Shown: piece by piece, positions 33,884 to 42,373 of the stretch
How positions within the stretch are numbered: the first letter of the stretch is position 1
How the letters are laid out: each line of letters opens with the position of its first letter
Made by a program: the position numbers and the translations under genes
The notes under the pieces: generated by a model
Told to the model about the DNA's origin: nothing
Database searches by the model: none
The model's input: the letters and a program-made list of their open reading frames with translations, nothing else
From: Candidatus Falkowbacteria bacterium HGW-Falkowbacteria-1
GTDB taxonomy: Bacteria; Patescibacteriota; Patescibacteriia; Patescibacteriales; UBA12465
NCBI GenBank assembly: GCA_002840305.1
Contig: PHAI01000001.1
Location: 178,074-227,462, forward strand
Direction: 5' to 3'
DNA: 49,389 nucleotides

Positions 33884-34020
33884 CTGTCGTTTTAAAGCGT
33901 TTTGCCCTTCCGGCATATTGTAAATATCTCTATTTAGGGCTTTTTTGATAGGGAGTTTGTCATCTTAGAACGGTATGATATAACATTGTTGAAGGTTTGC
34001 AAAAATTAACTTATAAATAT

Positions 34021-34413
34021 ATGTTAAAAATTATTATTGCCTCTGGCCCCGTTATTGTTGAAAATAATAAAGTTTTGCTGAACAAACATGGCAAAGATGA
34101 TTTCTGGAAGTTTTGTGGTGGTCGAGTTGAAGATTACGAAATCAACCTCAAGGAAACCGCCAAAAGAGAGGTGAGAGAGGAAATGGGCTTGGAAATAAAA
34201 ATACTAGATGGAGACCCTTATTTCTTTTACACCGAAAAAGAAGATAATGGAGTAAAGGTTAGTGTTGTCCTAGTTCATTTTTTAGCTAAAAGAATTAACG
34301 AAATTACCCCTGGTAACGATATAAGAGAATGGAAGTGGATAAGTCTAGATGAAATAGATCGAGAAAATCTGGCGCCAAACATTAAACCAGCTTTGAAATA
34401 CTTTGGTTTTTAG
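34021..34413 (+). CDS. NUDIX hydrolase
   Basis: Nudix box GGRVEDYEINLKETAKREVREEMGLE. I prefer the ATG at 34021 over the TTG at 33997. Confidence 0.85.
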   Translation: MLKIIIASGPVIVENNKVLLNKHGKDDFWKFCGGRVEDYEINLKETAKREVREEMGLEIKILDGDPYFFYTEKEDNGVKVSVVLVHFLAKRINEITPGNDIREWKWISLDEIDRENLAPNIKPALKYFGF

Positions 34414-34428
34414 TTTTTAAATTTTAAT

Positions 34429-34779
34429 ATGAACAAAAACGTAGTCACTATAAAAATCCTTGTTTTATTAATCTTAACCGTTGGCATTACGTCTTACGGT
34501 TGCGCGAAGTCAACGGAAAACAGGCCAACGCTTGTCGACACGGGAAACTCTTTTAATGCTCAAGAGATGGTTGATGTTTCTTGCGCTAAAGAATTAAATT
34601 GTTGCGAAGAAGATTATGATTGTGAATATATTTGGTATACGGGAGAATGCAATACTCCGGAATATATAAATAAAAAACAAGAAGAAGCTAATGGCCAGAA
34701 TATTAATATTGGTGAGGCTCCTCGCCTGGACAATGTTACTTGTACATGTGAAACCAGTAAATGCATAACGCATTATTAG
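34429..34779 (+). CDS. Cys-rich lipoprotein
   Basis: Signal peptide with lipobox-like ITSYG|C; 11 further Cys in about 90 mature residues. Confidence 0.55.
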   Translation: MNKNVVTIKILVLLILTVGITSYGCAKSTENRPTLVDTGNSFNAQEMVDVSCAKELNCCEEDYDCEYIWYTGECNTPEYINKKQEEANGQNINIGEAPRLDNVTCTCETSKCITHY

Positions 34780-34885
34780 TTTATTTTTTTTAAAATTAAT
34801 TTGGTGAGACCATTTTTGTTAAAAGTTTTAGATGATATTATTTAATTTATTAAGAAGGTAATAAAACATTTTATATTGCATTGGT

Positions 34886-34912
34886 TTAGCACTCTTGACA
34901 TGGGAGTGCTAA
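34886..34912. promoter_or_regulatory. CIRCE operator (HrcA binding site), perfect consensus
   Basis: TTAGCACTC-ttgacatgg-GAGTGCTAA. Confidence 0.92.
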
Positions 34913-34923
34913 TTGTTTATAAT
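34895..34923 (+). promoter_or_regulatory. consensus sigma70-type promoter embedded in CIRCE
   Basis: TTGACA (34895-900, the CIRCE spacer), 17-nt spacer, TATAAT (34918-23). Confidence 0.65.
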
Positions 34924-34942
34924 ACTAACATAAAATATTTTT

Positions 34943-35638
34943 ATGGAAATAAGTGAAAGAAAAAAAAGGATTTTATTGACCATTATTAAAGAATATATAA
35001 AGAATGTTCAGCCAGTAAGTTCTGGTATTTTGGTCGAAAAATGTAAGCTTGATATTTCTTCGGCTACTGTTAGGAATGAGATGGCTGAATTAGAAGAGGG
35101 CGGTTTCATATTTCAACCCCATACTTCTGCCGGGAGAATACCAACGGAGTTGGCGTATAAATTTTTCGTAAGTGACTTTCTGTCAGCAAAAAACAGAAAG
35201 CCAGATTTAAAAAACCAGAAAGCATTGGATGACATTTTCGGTTATTCCGAGGAAAACTTCAAGGCGGTAGCTAAAAAATTGGCTGATATTTCAAAGAATG
35301 CCGTTTTCTGGGCTTTTCATAAAAACAATTTATATTATACGGGAGTTTCTAATTTATTTTTTCAACCAGAATTTAAACAATCAAACATTGCCTGTGACGT
35401 TTCTATTGTTATTGATCGAATGGAGGAAATCATTGCTGATATTTTTGACAAGTTAAATTTAGGCGAAAACATATTTATTGGTAGTGAAAATCCGTTTGGA
35501 CAATTTTTAAGCTCTTTAGTTTTGAAATATGAAGATAAAAAGCAGAGGGGATTAGTTGGTATCATGGGTCCGATTAGAATGGATTATGAAAAAAATTTGG
35601 ATTTAATATATTATTTAAAAAGTAAATTTAATAAATAG
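34943..35638 (+). CDS. hrcA: heat-inducible transcription repressor HrcA (short form, 231 aa)
   Basis: SERKKRILLTIIKEYIKNVQPVSSGILVEK...ISSATVRNEMAELEEGGFIFQPHTSAGRIPTELAYKFFV. Sits immediately downstream of CIRCE and upstream of grpE. Confidence 0.8.
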   Translation: MEISERKKRILLTIIKEYIKNVQPVSSGILVEKCKLDISSATVRNEMAELEEGGFIFQPHTSAGRIPTELAYKFFVSDFLSAKNRKPDLKNQKALDDIFGYSEENFKAVAKKLADISKNAVFWAFHKNNLYYTGVSNLFFQPEFKQSNIACDVSIVIDRMEEIIADIFDKLNLGENIFIGSENPFGQFLSSLVLKYEDKKQRGLVGIMGPIRMDYEKNLDLIYYLKSKFNK

Positions 35639-35643
35639 AATTT

Positions 35644-36270
35644 ATGAACAATGACTTTAAGGATGACCTACGAGGTGATTCAAGCGATGACAATCAAAAC
35701 AGTTTTCAAGATAAATTACAAGATGAAAATATAAATGATTCTGATAATAATTTAAGTAATAATAAGACAGCAAAAAATGGCGAGGTATCAGAAAGTGAGG
35801 CGAATGAAAATGATGATGACAGTGTAGTTAATATGCTAAAGGAAGAAAATAAAATCTTAGAGAATAAATATAAAAGAGCATTAGCTGATTATCAAAATTT
35901 ATTAAAAAATTCAGCCGAAGAAAAACTAGAACTTTTAAAGTATTCGTTGGAAGGTTTTTTGCTGGAAATATTGCCTATTTATAGTAATTTGAATGCATCG
36001 ATCAGCAATTTAAGCGATGAACAGGCTAATAACCCCTGGGTAGAGGGAGTCAAGTATATCATCAAGCAATTCGATGAATTTTTTTCCAAAAATGATGTTT
36101 CGAAAATAAAAACTTTTGGTGAAAAATTTGATTATAACACCATGGAGGCTGTTGATGGGCAGGGAGACTATGTCGTTAAAGAACTTCGTCCTGGTTATAA
36201 ATTAAAGAATAAAACCATCATCGCGGCCGGGGTAGTAGTAGGAGATAGAATTGAAGATAAAAGCAACTAA
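35644..36270 (+). CDS. grpE: nucleotide exchange factor GrpE
   Basis: Position between hrcA and dnaK, an acidic N-terminus, a coiled coil (ENKYKRALADYQNLLKN) and a C-terminal FDYNTMEAV...GYKLKNKTIIAAGVVV. Confidence 0.8.
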   Translation: MNNDFKDDLRGDSSDDNQNSFQDKLQDENINDSDNNLSNNKTAKNGEVSESEANENDDDSVVNMLKEENKILENKYKRALADYQNLLKNSAEEKLELLKYSLEGFLLEILPIYSNLNASISNLSDEQANNPWVEGVKYIIKQFDEFFSKNDVSKIKTFGEKFDYNTMEAVDGQGDYVVKELRPGYKLKNKTIIAAGVVVGDRIEDKSN

Positions 36271-36355
36271 TATAAATTAAAATTATTTGTAAATATTTTT
36301 CTTTCTTCATCTATAATTTGTAAAAAATTATTTTGAAGAAAGGACGTTTGAATAT

Positions 36356-36790
36356 ATGTCTCTTATAAAATGGAGCCCCTTTCTAAGTGATAACTATTTT
36401 GACGAGATGGACAAAATGGTTGGTGAATTTTCACCTTCGTCTCGTTCGATTTCTGGTTTTGTGCCAGCGGTTGATATGTATGAAGATAAAGATAATGTCA
36501 TTATTGAAACTCAATTAGCCGGTATAGATCCTGAAAAAGTTGATATTTCAATTGAAAATGACGTTTTATCTATCAAGGGCGAAGGAGAAAGAAAAACAGA
36601 GGTTGAAGAAAAAAATTACTACAGAAAAGAAATTAGGAGAGGAAGTTTTTATCGATCAGTTCCTCTTCCAACTAGAGTTTTGGGCGATAAGGCTTCGGCG
36701 ATAGCTGAAGGTGGAATATTAAAAATAAGCATTCCGAAAGCTCCTGAAACCAAACCAAAATCGATAAAAATTGAAACAAGCAAAAAATAA
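36356..36790 (+). CDS. Hsp20/alpha-crystallin small heat-shock protein
   Basis: PAVDMYEDKDNVIIETQLAGIDPEKVDISIENDVLSIKGE...YYRKEIRRGSFYRSVPLP...GILKISIPK. Confidence 0.88.
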   Translation: MSLIKWSPFLSDNYFDEMDKMVGEFSPSSRSISGFVPAVDMYEDKDNVIIETQLAGIDPEKVDISIENDVLSIKGEGERKTEVEEKNYYRKEIRRGSFYRSVPLPTRVLGDKASAIAEGGILKISIPKAPETKPKSIKIETSKK

Positions 36791-36889
36791 TTTATAATTT
36801 AATTAAAATAATAAAGTATTAGAAATTTAAAATAATTAGTAAAATTTACAGTTGAGCGCTATTTAGCCTTGACCGTTATACAAAAAAAT

Positions 36890-38806
36890 ATGGGAAAAGT
36901 ATTAGGAATTGATTTGGGTACTACCAACTGCGCCATGGCCATTATTGAAGGTGGCCAGGCTAAAATTTTAGAAAATGCCGAAGGAAATAGAACTACTCCA
37001 TCTGTTGTGGCTATTTCTAAGAGTGGGGAGAGATTAGTCGGCCAATCAGCTAAAAGACAAGCAGTTACCAATCCAAAAAACACGGTTCATTCCGTTAAAC
37101 GTTTAATTGGTAGAAAGTTTGGTGATTCAGAGGTTAAAAGAGACATCGAGCTTGTTTCTTATGAGATAGTTCAATCTGGCGAAGGCGTTAAAGTGAGGAT
37201 GAACGATAAGGATTATACTCCACAAGAAATTTCGGCTATGATTTTGTCAAAATTAAAGGCCGATGCTGAAGCAAAAATTGGAGAAAAAATTACTGAAGCG
37301 GTTATTACTGTTCCGGCTTATTTTGATGATGCTCAAAGACAGGCCACTAAAGATGCTGGCAAGATTGCTGATTTAGATGTTAAAAGAATTATAAACGAGC
37401 CAACAGCAGCAGCTTTGGCTTATGGTTTTGACAAGAAAAAGGGGCAACAAGCTGTTGTTTATGATCTAGGTGGCGGGACCTTTGACGTTTCAGTGTTAGA
37501 CATTGTTTCCGATGGAGAATTATCAGTTGAAGTAAAAGCTACGAATGGTGATACTCATTTAGGTGGAGAGGATTTTGATCAAAGAATTATTGATTATATA
37601 ATTTCCGAATTCAAGAAAGATCAAGCGATTGATTTATCAAACGATCCTTTGGCGCTACAAAGAATTAAAGAATCAGCTGAAAAGGCCAAGATAGAATTAT
37701 CAACTGCCATGGAGACTGAAGTTAATCAGCCTTTTATAACAACCGATGCTAATGGTCCTAAACATTTAGTTCTAAAAATTAGCAGATCAAAATTAGAGGA
37801 ATTAGTTGTTGATTTAGTGGATAGAACCTTAGAGCCTTGCAAAAAGGCTTTGAGCGATGCTGGTTTAAAAATTGGTGATATAGAAGAGATCATAATGGTT
37901 GGTGGTATGACTCGAATGCCTTTAGTTCAGAAAAAGGTAAAAGAATTTTTTGGCAAGGAACCCAATTTGAGTGTTAACCCTGATGAAGTTGTAGCTGTTG
38001 GGGCCGCTGTTCAAGCTGGAGTTTTACAAGGAGACGTTAAAGATGTTTTACTTTTGGATGTAACTCCCTTAACCCTAGGCATTGAAACCTTGGGTGGTGT
38101 TGCTACCTCTTTGATTGAGAGAAATACAACAATCCCAACGTCAAAATCACAGGTTTTTTCAACTGCCGCTGATAATCAACCAAGTGTTGAAATTCATATA
38201 GTTCAAGGCGAGAGACCGATGGCTTCTGACAACAAAACTCTAGGTCGCTTTATTCTTGATGGTATACCACCAGCACCTCGCGGAGTGCCTCAAGTTGAAG
38301 TTTCCTTTGATCTTGATGCTAATGGTATCTTAAATGTAATAGCTAAAGATAAGGCTACAAATAAAGAACAAAAAATAACTATTACTGCTTCTTCTGGATT
38401 AAGCAAGGAAGAGATAGAAAAAATGAAACAAGAGGCCGAAATTCATGCCGAAGAAGATAAAAAGAAGAAAGATGATATTGAAATAAAGAATCAAGCCGAG
38501 GCCGTAGTTTTTACAACCGAGAAGTTATTAAAAGAATCTGGCGATAAAATGAAAGAAGAAGATAAAAAGAATTTGGAGGAAAAATTAGAAGAACTAAAGA
38601 AGGTAAAAGATTCTGATCAATATGATGACATGAAGAAGAAAATGGAAGAATTGAACGAGATTGCTCAAAAAATTGGTACAGCTATGTATCAAAATCAAGC
38701 CAATCAAACAAATTCAGCAAATCAGACTAATCCTTCGGAAGAACAAAAACCAGAAGATAAAAAAGAGGACGAGGTCGTTGAGGGGGAAGTAGAAGAGAAA
38801 AAATAA
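36890..38806 (+). CDS. dnaK: molecular chaperone DnaK (Hsp70)
   Basis: [34 protein letters not shown] and a substrate-binding domain. I prefer the ATG at 36890 over the TTG at 36869. Confidence 0.97.
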   Translation: MGKVLGIDLGTTNCAMAIIEGGQAKILENAEGNRTTPSVVAISKSGERLVGQSAKRQAVTNPKNTVHSVKRLIGRKFGDSEVKRDIELVSYEIVQSGEGVKVRMNDKDYTPQEISAMILSKLKADAEAKIGEKITEAVITVPAYFDDAQRQATKDAGKIADLDVKRIINEPTAAALAYGFDKKKGQQAVVYDLGGGTFDVSVLDIVSDGELSVEVKATNGDTHLGGEDFDQRIIDYIISEFKKDQAIDLSNDPLALQRIKESAEKAKIELSTAMETEVNQPFITTDANGPKHLVLKISRSKLEELVVDLVDRTLEPCKKALSDAGLKIGDIEEIIMVGGMTRMPLVQKKVKEFFGKEPNLSVNPDEVVAVGAAVQAGVLQGDVKDVLLLDVTPLTLGIETLGGVATSLIERNTTIPTSKSQVFSTAADNQPSVEIHIVQGERPMASDNKTLGRFILDGIPPAPRGVPQVEVSFDLDANGILNVIAKDKATNKEQKITITASSGLSKEEIEKMKQEAEIHAEEDKKKKDDIEIKNQAEAVVFTTEKLLKESGDKMKEEDKKNLEEKLEELKKVKDSDQYDDMKKKMEELNEIAQKIGTAMYQNQANQTNSANQTNPSEEQKPEDKKEDEVVEGEVEEKK

Positions 38807-38816
38807 TTTATTATTT

Positions 38817-38884
38817 TTGTCATTCCCGCCGCCCTTGTCATCAGTGTCACGCTTGTCATTCCCGCGTAGGCGGGAATCCAGCGG
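38817..38884. repeat. GC-rich palindromic repeat element between dnaK and dnaJ
   Basis: TTGTCAT occurs at 38817, 38835 and 38853 (18-nt phasing). Perfect hairpin ATTCCCGC-gtag-GCGGGAAT (38858-38877). Composition contrasts sharply with the AT-rich flanks. Confidence 0.65.
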
Positions 38885-39002
38885 AAACCCATTCGTTGTT
38901 ATTTTATTTATTCGCATTTATTTTGTTTGGTTTTTTATTTTTTATTATCCCAAGAATCTTAAGGGCCTCAAGAATCCCAAGAATCTTATGTTTTTTTAAT
39001 TT

Positions 39003-40088
39003 ATGTCTAAAGATTATTATAGTGTACTTGGCGTTCCAAAAACAGCCAGTCAGGCTGAAGTAAAAACAGCTTTTAGAAAGTTGGCCCACAAGCATCATCC
39101 TGATAAAGGAGGAGATGCTAATAAATTCAAAGAATTAAACGAAGCTTATCAAGTATTGGGTAACGAACAAAAAAGAAAACAATATGATCAGTTTGGTTCT
39201 TCGGCTTTCTCTGGCGGTGGCGGGTCTGGTGGTTTTGATTTTTCTGGCTTTCAACAGGGAGGTTTTTCTGGCGGAGGGATGGACTTTGAAGACTTAGGAG
39301 ATATTTTTGGTGGTCTAGGCGATATGTTCGGCTTTTCTTCAGGGAGATCAGATAGAGGGGGAACAAACAGAAGAGGTTCTGATATGGAAGCAATTTTAAG
39401 TATTGATTTTCTAGAAGCTGTTTTTGGCGTGACCAAAGAAATTTTATTAGAGAAGAATGTTGTATGTTCAAAGTGCAATGGAAATGGCGCTGAACCGGGA
39501 GCAAAGATAGAAACATGTAAAACTTGTAACGGAAAAGGAAGGGTTTTAAAGACGCAAAGAACTATCTTTGGGGCTATGCAAGTTGAAGCGGTGTGCCAGG
39601 ATTGTCAAGGAGAAGGAAGGACGTATACTGAAAAATGTTCAAAATGTAATGGAATTGGCATCCATAAAGGTGAAGAAAAAATAAAAGTTAAAGTTCCTGC
39701 CGGGATAGACAACGGTGAGGCGATTAGACTCACGGGCAAAGGTAATGCCGGAATGAACGGATCTGCTAGCGGTGATTTCATACTTAGAATAAGAGTAAAT
39801 CCTTCTAAAGACTTTAGAAGAGACCTCTACAATATTCATACTAAGGAGACCATAAGTGTCAGACAAGCAATTTTGGGTGATAAAATCAACGTTAAAACTA
39901 TTCATGGAGATATTATTTTGAAAGTTCCAGAAGGGACTCAATCGGGGACAATTTTCAAGCTCAAAGGAAAGGGAGTAAAAAAATTGAGAGGAGGCGGAGA
40001 AGGGGACCATTTTGTGGAGCTTACCGTTAACATTCCTAAAACAATTTCTCGCAAAGACAAGAAGGTTTTAGAAGATTTAGATATATAA
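39003..40088 (+). CDS. dnaJ: co-chaperone DnaJ
   Basis: J domain with HPD (KHHPDKGG), a G/F-rich linker, four CxxCxGxG zinc-finger repeats and a C-terminal substrate-binding domain. Confidence 0.95.
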   Translation: MSKDYYSVLGVPKTASQAEVKTAFRKLAHKHHPDKGGDANKFKELNEAYQVLGNEQKRKQYDQFGSSAFSGGGGSGGFDFSGFQQGGFSGGGMDFEDLGDIFGGLGDMFGFSSGRSDRGGTNRRGSDMEAILSIDFLEAVFGVTKEILLEKNVVCSKCNGNGAEPGAKIETCKTCNGKGRVLKTQRTIFGAMQVEAVCQDCQGEGRTYTEKCSKCNGIGIHKGEEKIKVKVPAGIDNGEAIRLTGKGNAGMNGSASGDFILRIRVNPSKDFRRDLYNIHTKETISVRQAILGDKINVKTIHGDIILKVPEGTQSGTIFKLKGKGVKKLRGGGEGDHFVELTVNIPKTISRKDKKVLEDLDI

Positions 40089-40092
40089 ATTT

Positions 40093-40941
40093 ATGTTTAT
40101 CGATACTCATTGCCATCTAAATTTTAAGGATTTCAAGGATGATTATTATCAGGTTGCAAAGAGAGCTCTTGACGATCAAGTAGAAATGATCGTAGTTGGT
40201 TCTGAGGTTAAAACTTCTCAGAGAGCAGTAGATTTGCTTGATGAATTTGGAAAAGGTGTTTATGCCGCTGTTGGTCTTCATCCTATACATCTGCAAGATA
40301 TATTAGTTAAAAACAATAATGAAAATGGTAAATACGAATTTAGAAGTAAAAAAGAAGACTATTCAGAGGAAGATTATTTTAATTTAGCTAAGAGCAACAA
40401 AAGAGTTGTTGCCATTGGTGAAATTGGTCTTGATTATTATCATATTGGAAGCGATGTGGACTCAGAAATAAAAAAAATAAAGAATTTACAACAGGAAGTT
40501 TTTTATAGACAATTGGAGCTATCAAAGAAGCTTGATCTCCCGGCTATTGTTCATTGTCGGGAAGCTCACGATGATCTTTTTCCCATCTTACAGGATTTTT
40601 ATAAAAGAAATAGTTTTAAAAAAGAATGGGGAGTTATTCATTGTTTTTCTGGTGATTATGATTTGGCTAAAAAATATTTCGAAATTGGTTTAAAAATATC
40701 ATTTACTGGGCTTGTGACTTTTGTTAAGGATTGGGATGAGGTAATTAAAAAATCGCCACTTCAAAAAATAATGATAGAAACTGATTCTCCTTATTTATCG
40801 CCGGAACCACACAGGGGCAAGAGAAATGAGCCAATTTATGTCAAGGAAGTGGCTAAAAAAATTGCCAATATCAAAGCATTGGATTTTTTTACTGTAGAAA
40901 ATGAGCTGTATCAACAATCCAAGACTTTTTTTAGTTTATAA
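40093..40941 (+). CDS. tatD: TatD-family metal-dependent hydrolase/DNase
   Basis: FIDTHCHLNF, IGEIGLDYY, VHCREA, IHCFSG and IETDSPYL. Confidence 0.85.
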   Translation: MFIDTHCHLNFKDFKDDYYQVAKRALDDQVEMIVVGSEVKTSQRAVDLLDEFGKGVYAAVGLHPIHLQDILVKNNNENGKYEFRSKKEDYSEEDYFNLAKSNKRVVAIGEIGLDYYHIGSDVDSEIKKIKNLQQEVFYRQLELSKKLDLPAIVHCREAHDDLFPILQDFYKRNSFKKEWGVIHCFSGDYDLAKKYFEIGLKISFTGLVTFVKDWDEVIKKSPLQKIMIETDSPYLSPEPHRGKRNEPIYVKEVAKKIANIKALDFFTVENELYQQSKTFFSL

Positions 40942-40968
40942 GATAAACTTTAAAGACATTCTTTGACG

Positions 40969-41000
40969 AGAGAGCTTTTATTGCTACTAGCTCTTTTTTG
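40969..41000 (+). terminator. weak hairpin terminator
   Basis: AGAGCT (40971-76) pairs with AGCTCT (40989-94) across a 12-nt loop, followed by T5. Confidence 0.3.
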
Positions 41001-41088
41001 TTTGATTATTTTTTATTTTTATTGTAAAATAAGAGTACAGCTTAAGAGCCTTTATTATTAACGCCTCTTTTAAGGTTTGGCAAAAAAT

Positions 41089-41580
41089 ATGAAGAAACAA
41101 TTACTATTTTTGTTTTTGGTTTTTAGTTTAATGTTTTTTTCGGCTTGTTCTTTATTTAAAAAAACTGAAAAAATAAATAATACTAATATTACAGAAAAAA
41201 CTTCTTGCGACATTCTTTGTTTGTCGACTACTGATTCTTGCTCGACGATATCTTACGATTTGTGCTCAAAGCTTTGTCCAAACTGGGATGATGGTCAAAA
41301 AAAATGTGTTCAAAACTCCAGCAGTTGTGATGCTTTTTATGATGATTGCCAGATAGAAAAAGACTTTGTTTTTGAACCAGTTTTGGATGATGATTGTTCT
41401 TTTTCTTGCAACAACTATATAGAAAAATGTAATATACAAGCTGAAAGGTCCAAGGACGTTAACGATCAAAATATTTTTGACGATTGCTTATCTCAGTGTA
41501 GCGAGTGGACCCCAGAACAATCTAAATGTATAAAAGAAGCAGAATTTTGTACCGATATTATGATGGAGTGTGGTTCTTAA
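41089..41580 (+). CDS. Cys-rich lipoprotein with internally duplicated 8-Cys module
   Basis: Lipobox-like FFSA|C. Two modules follow C-x3-C-x6-C-x(7/18)-C-x3-C-x9-C-x6-C-x6-C. I prefer the ATG at 41089 over the TTG at 41077. Confidence 0.6.
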   Translation: MKKQLLFLFLVFSLMFFSACSLFKKTEKINNTNITEKTSCDILCLSTTDSCSTISYDLCSKLCPNWDDGQKKCVQNSSSCDAFYDDCQIEKDFVFEPVLDDDCSFSCNNYIEKCNIQAERSKDVNDQNIFDDCLSQCSEWTPEQSKCIKEAEFCTDIMMECGS

Positions 41581-41592
41581 TTATTCGTTTTT

Positions 41593-42366
41593 TTAACCAT
41601 GTGCTAATACCAGCCCCCATATTTCCAGTGGCTGGTATTTTTTTATTTCTTTGCTAAGTTCTTCGATTGTTGATCCACTTGTTGCTACGTCGTCTATAAT
41701 TATTATTTTTTTGTTTTGTATAATTTTGAGAGAATTATTCTTATCTCTTATTTCAAAGCAGTTTTCCAAATTGGTTTTTCTTTCTATCTTTTTCAATTTT
41801 GATTGAGACTTAGTGTTTCTTTTTCTGTTCAATTTATTAAAGATTGGAATTTTGCTTTTTTTGCTAATAATTTCGGCCAAGACTTCGCTCTGGTTAAAAC
41901 CCCTCCATTTTTGTCTTTTTGTTGACAGGGGAATTGCCATAATGAGACTATTTTTTTTATTGAAACCATCGTCAGTTTCGTGTTCGAATATTGGATTTAT
42001 CCATATATTATTTTCAAAAAAATTAAATAAAAATTGGCCTAAAAATTGGCCTATCTCTTTTATGAGATTATATTTGAATGATTTAATTAATTTTGATAAT
42101 TTTTTGTCATTAAAGTCACCAGCCACCATTATTCCCTGGTAACTAAAATATTTTTTACAGTTTTGGCAAAATTCACCATTTTTATTTTTTATTCCACAAT
42201 TTGGGCAAGATTGCGCTTTGAATGTTAATGACTTGAAACATTTATAGCACAAGTAATCATTTCCAAATTCTTGGCATATTAAACATTTTCTAGCAAATAG
42301 CAAGTCTAAGAAGATAATCAAAACCTTCCTTATTTTTTTTATCATTTTTGAGCATTTTTGGGGCAA
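41593..42366 (-). CDS. comFC: ComF-family protein (ComFC-like, phosphoribosyltransferase fold)
   Basis: N-terminal Cys4 zinc-finger-like pattern (CLIC...CYKC...CPNC...CQNC) and PRTase motif IIIIDDVATSGSTI. Confidence 0.75.
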   Translation of the reverse strand: MPQKCSKMIKKIRKVLIIFLDLLFARKCLICQEFGNDYLCYKCFKSLTFKAQSCPNCGIKNKNGEFCQNCKKYFSYQGIMVAGDFNDKKLSKLIKSFKYNLIKEIGQFLGQFLFNFFENNIWINPIFEHETDDGFNKKNSLIMAIPLSTKRQKWRGFNQSEVLAEIISKKSKIPIFNKLNRKRNTKSQSKLKKIERKTNLENCFEIRDKNNSLKIIQNKKIIIIDDVATSGSTIEELSKEIKKYQPLEIWGLVLAHG

Positions 42367-42373
42367 TGCTTTT

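Noticed and set aside
36836-36862. Second CIRCE upstream of dnaK (TTAGTAAAA-N9-GAGCGCTAT)
   Set aside because: The spacing is correct but only about 12 of 18 consensus positions match, and the left arm is largely AT filler. It is not distinguishable from chance in AT-rich DNA without binding data.
38817-38988. Possible mini-CRISPR or other array from the 18-nt-phased TTGTCAT units and the CCCAAGAATCTTA repeats
   Set aside because: The units are too short, only 2-3 copies are present, there are no unique spacers of CRISPR size, and no cas genes are in the window.
38714-39098. ORFs 38714-38917(-), 38817-38999(+) and 38904-39098(-) in the dnaK-dnaJ spacer
   Set aside because: They are translations of the palindromic repeat element and of the dnaJ 5' end on the wrong strand. 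They overlap each other and real genes, so I treat them as spurious.
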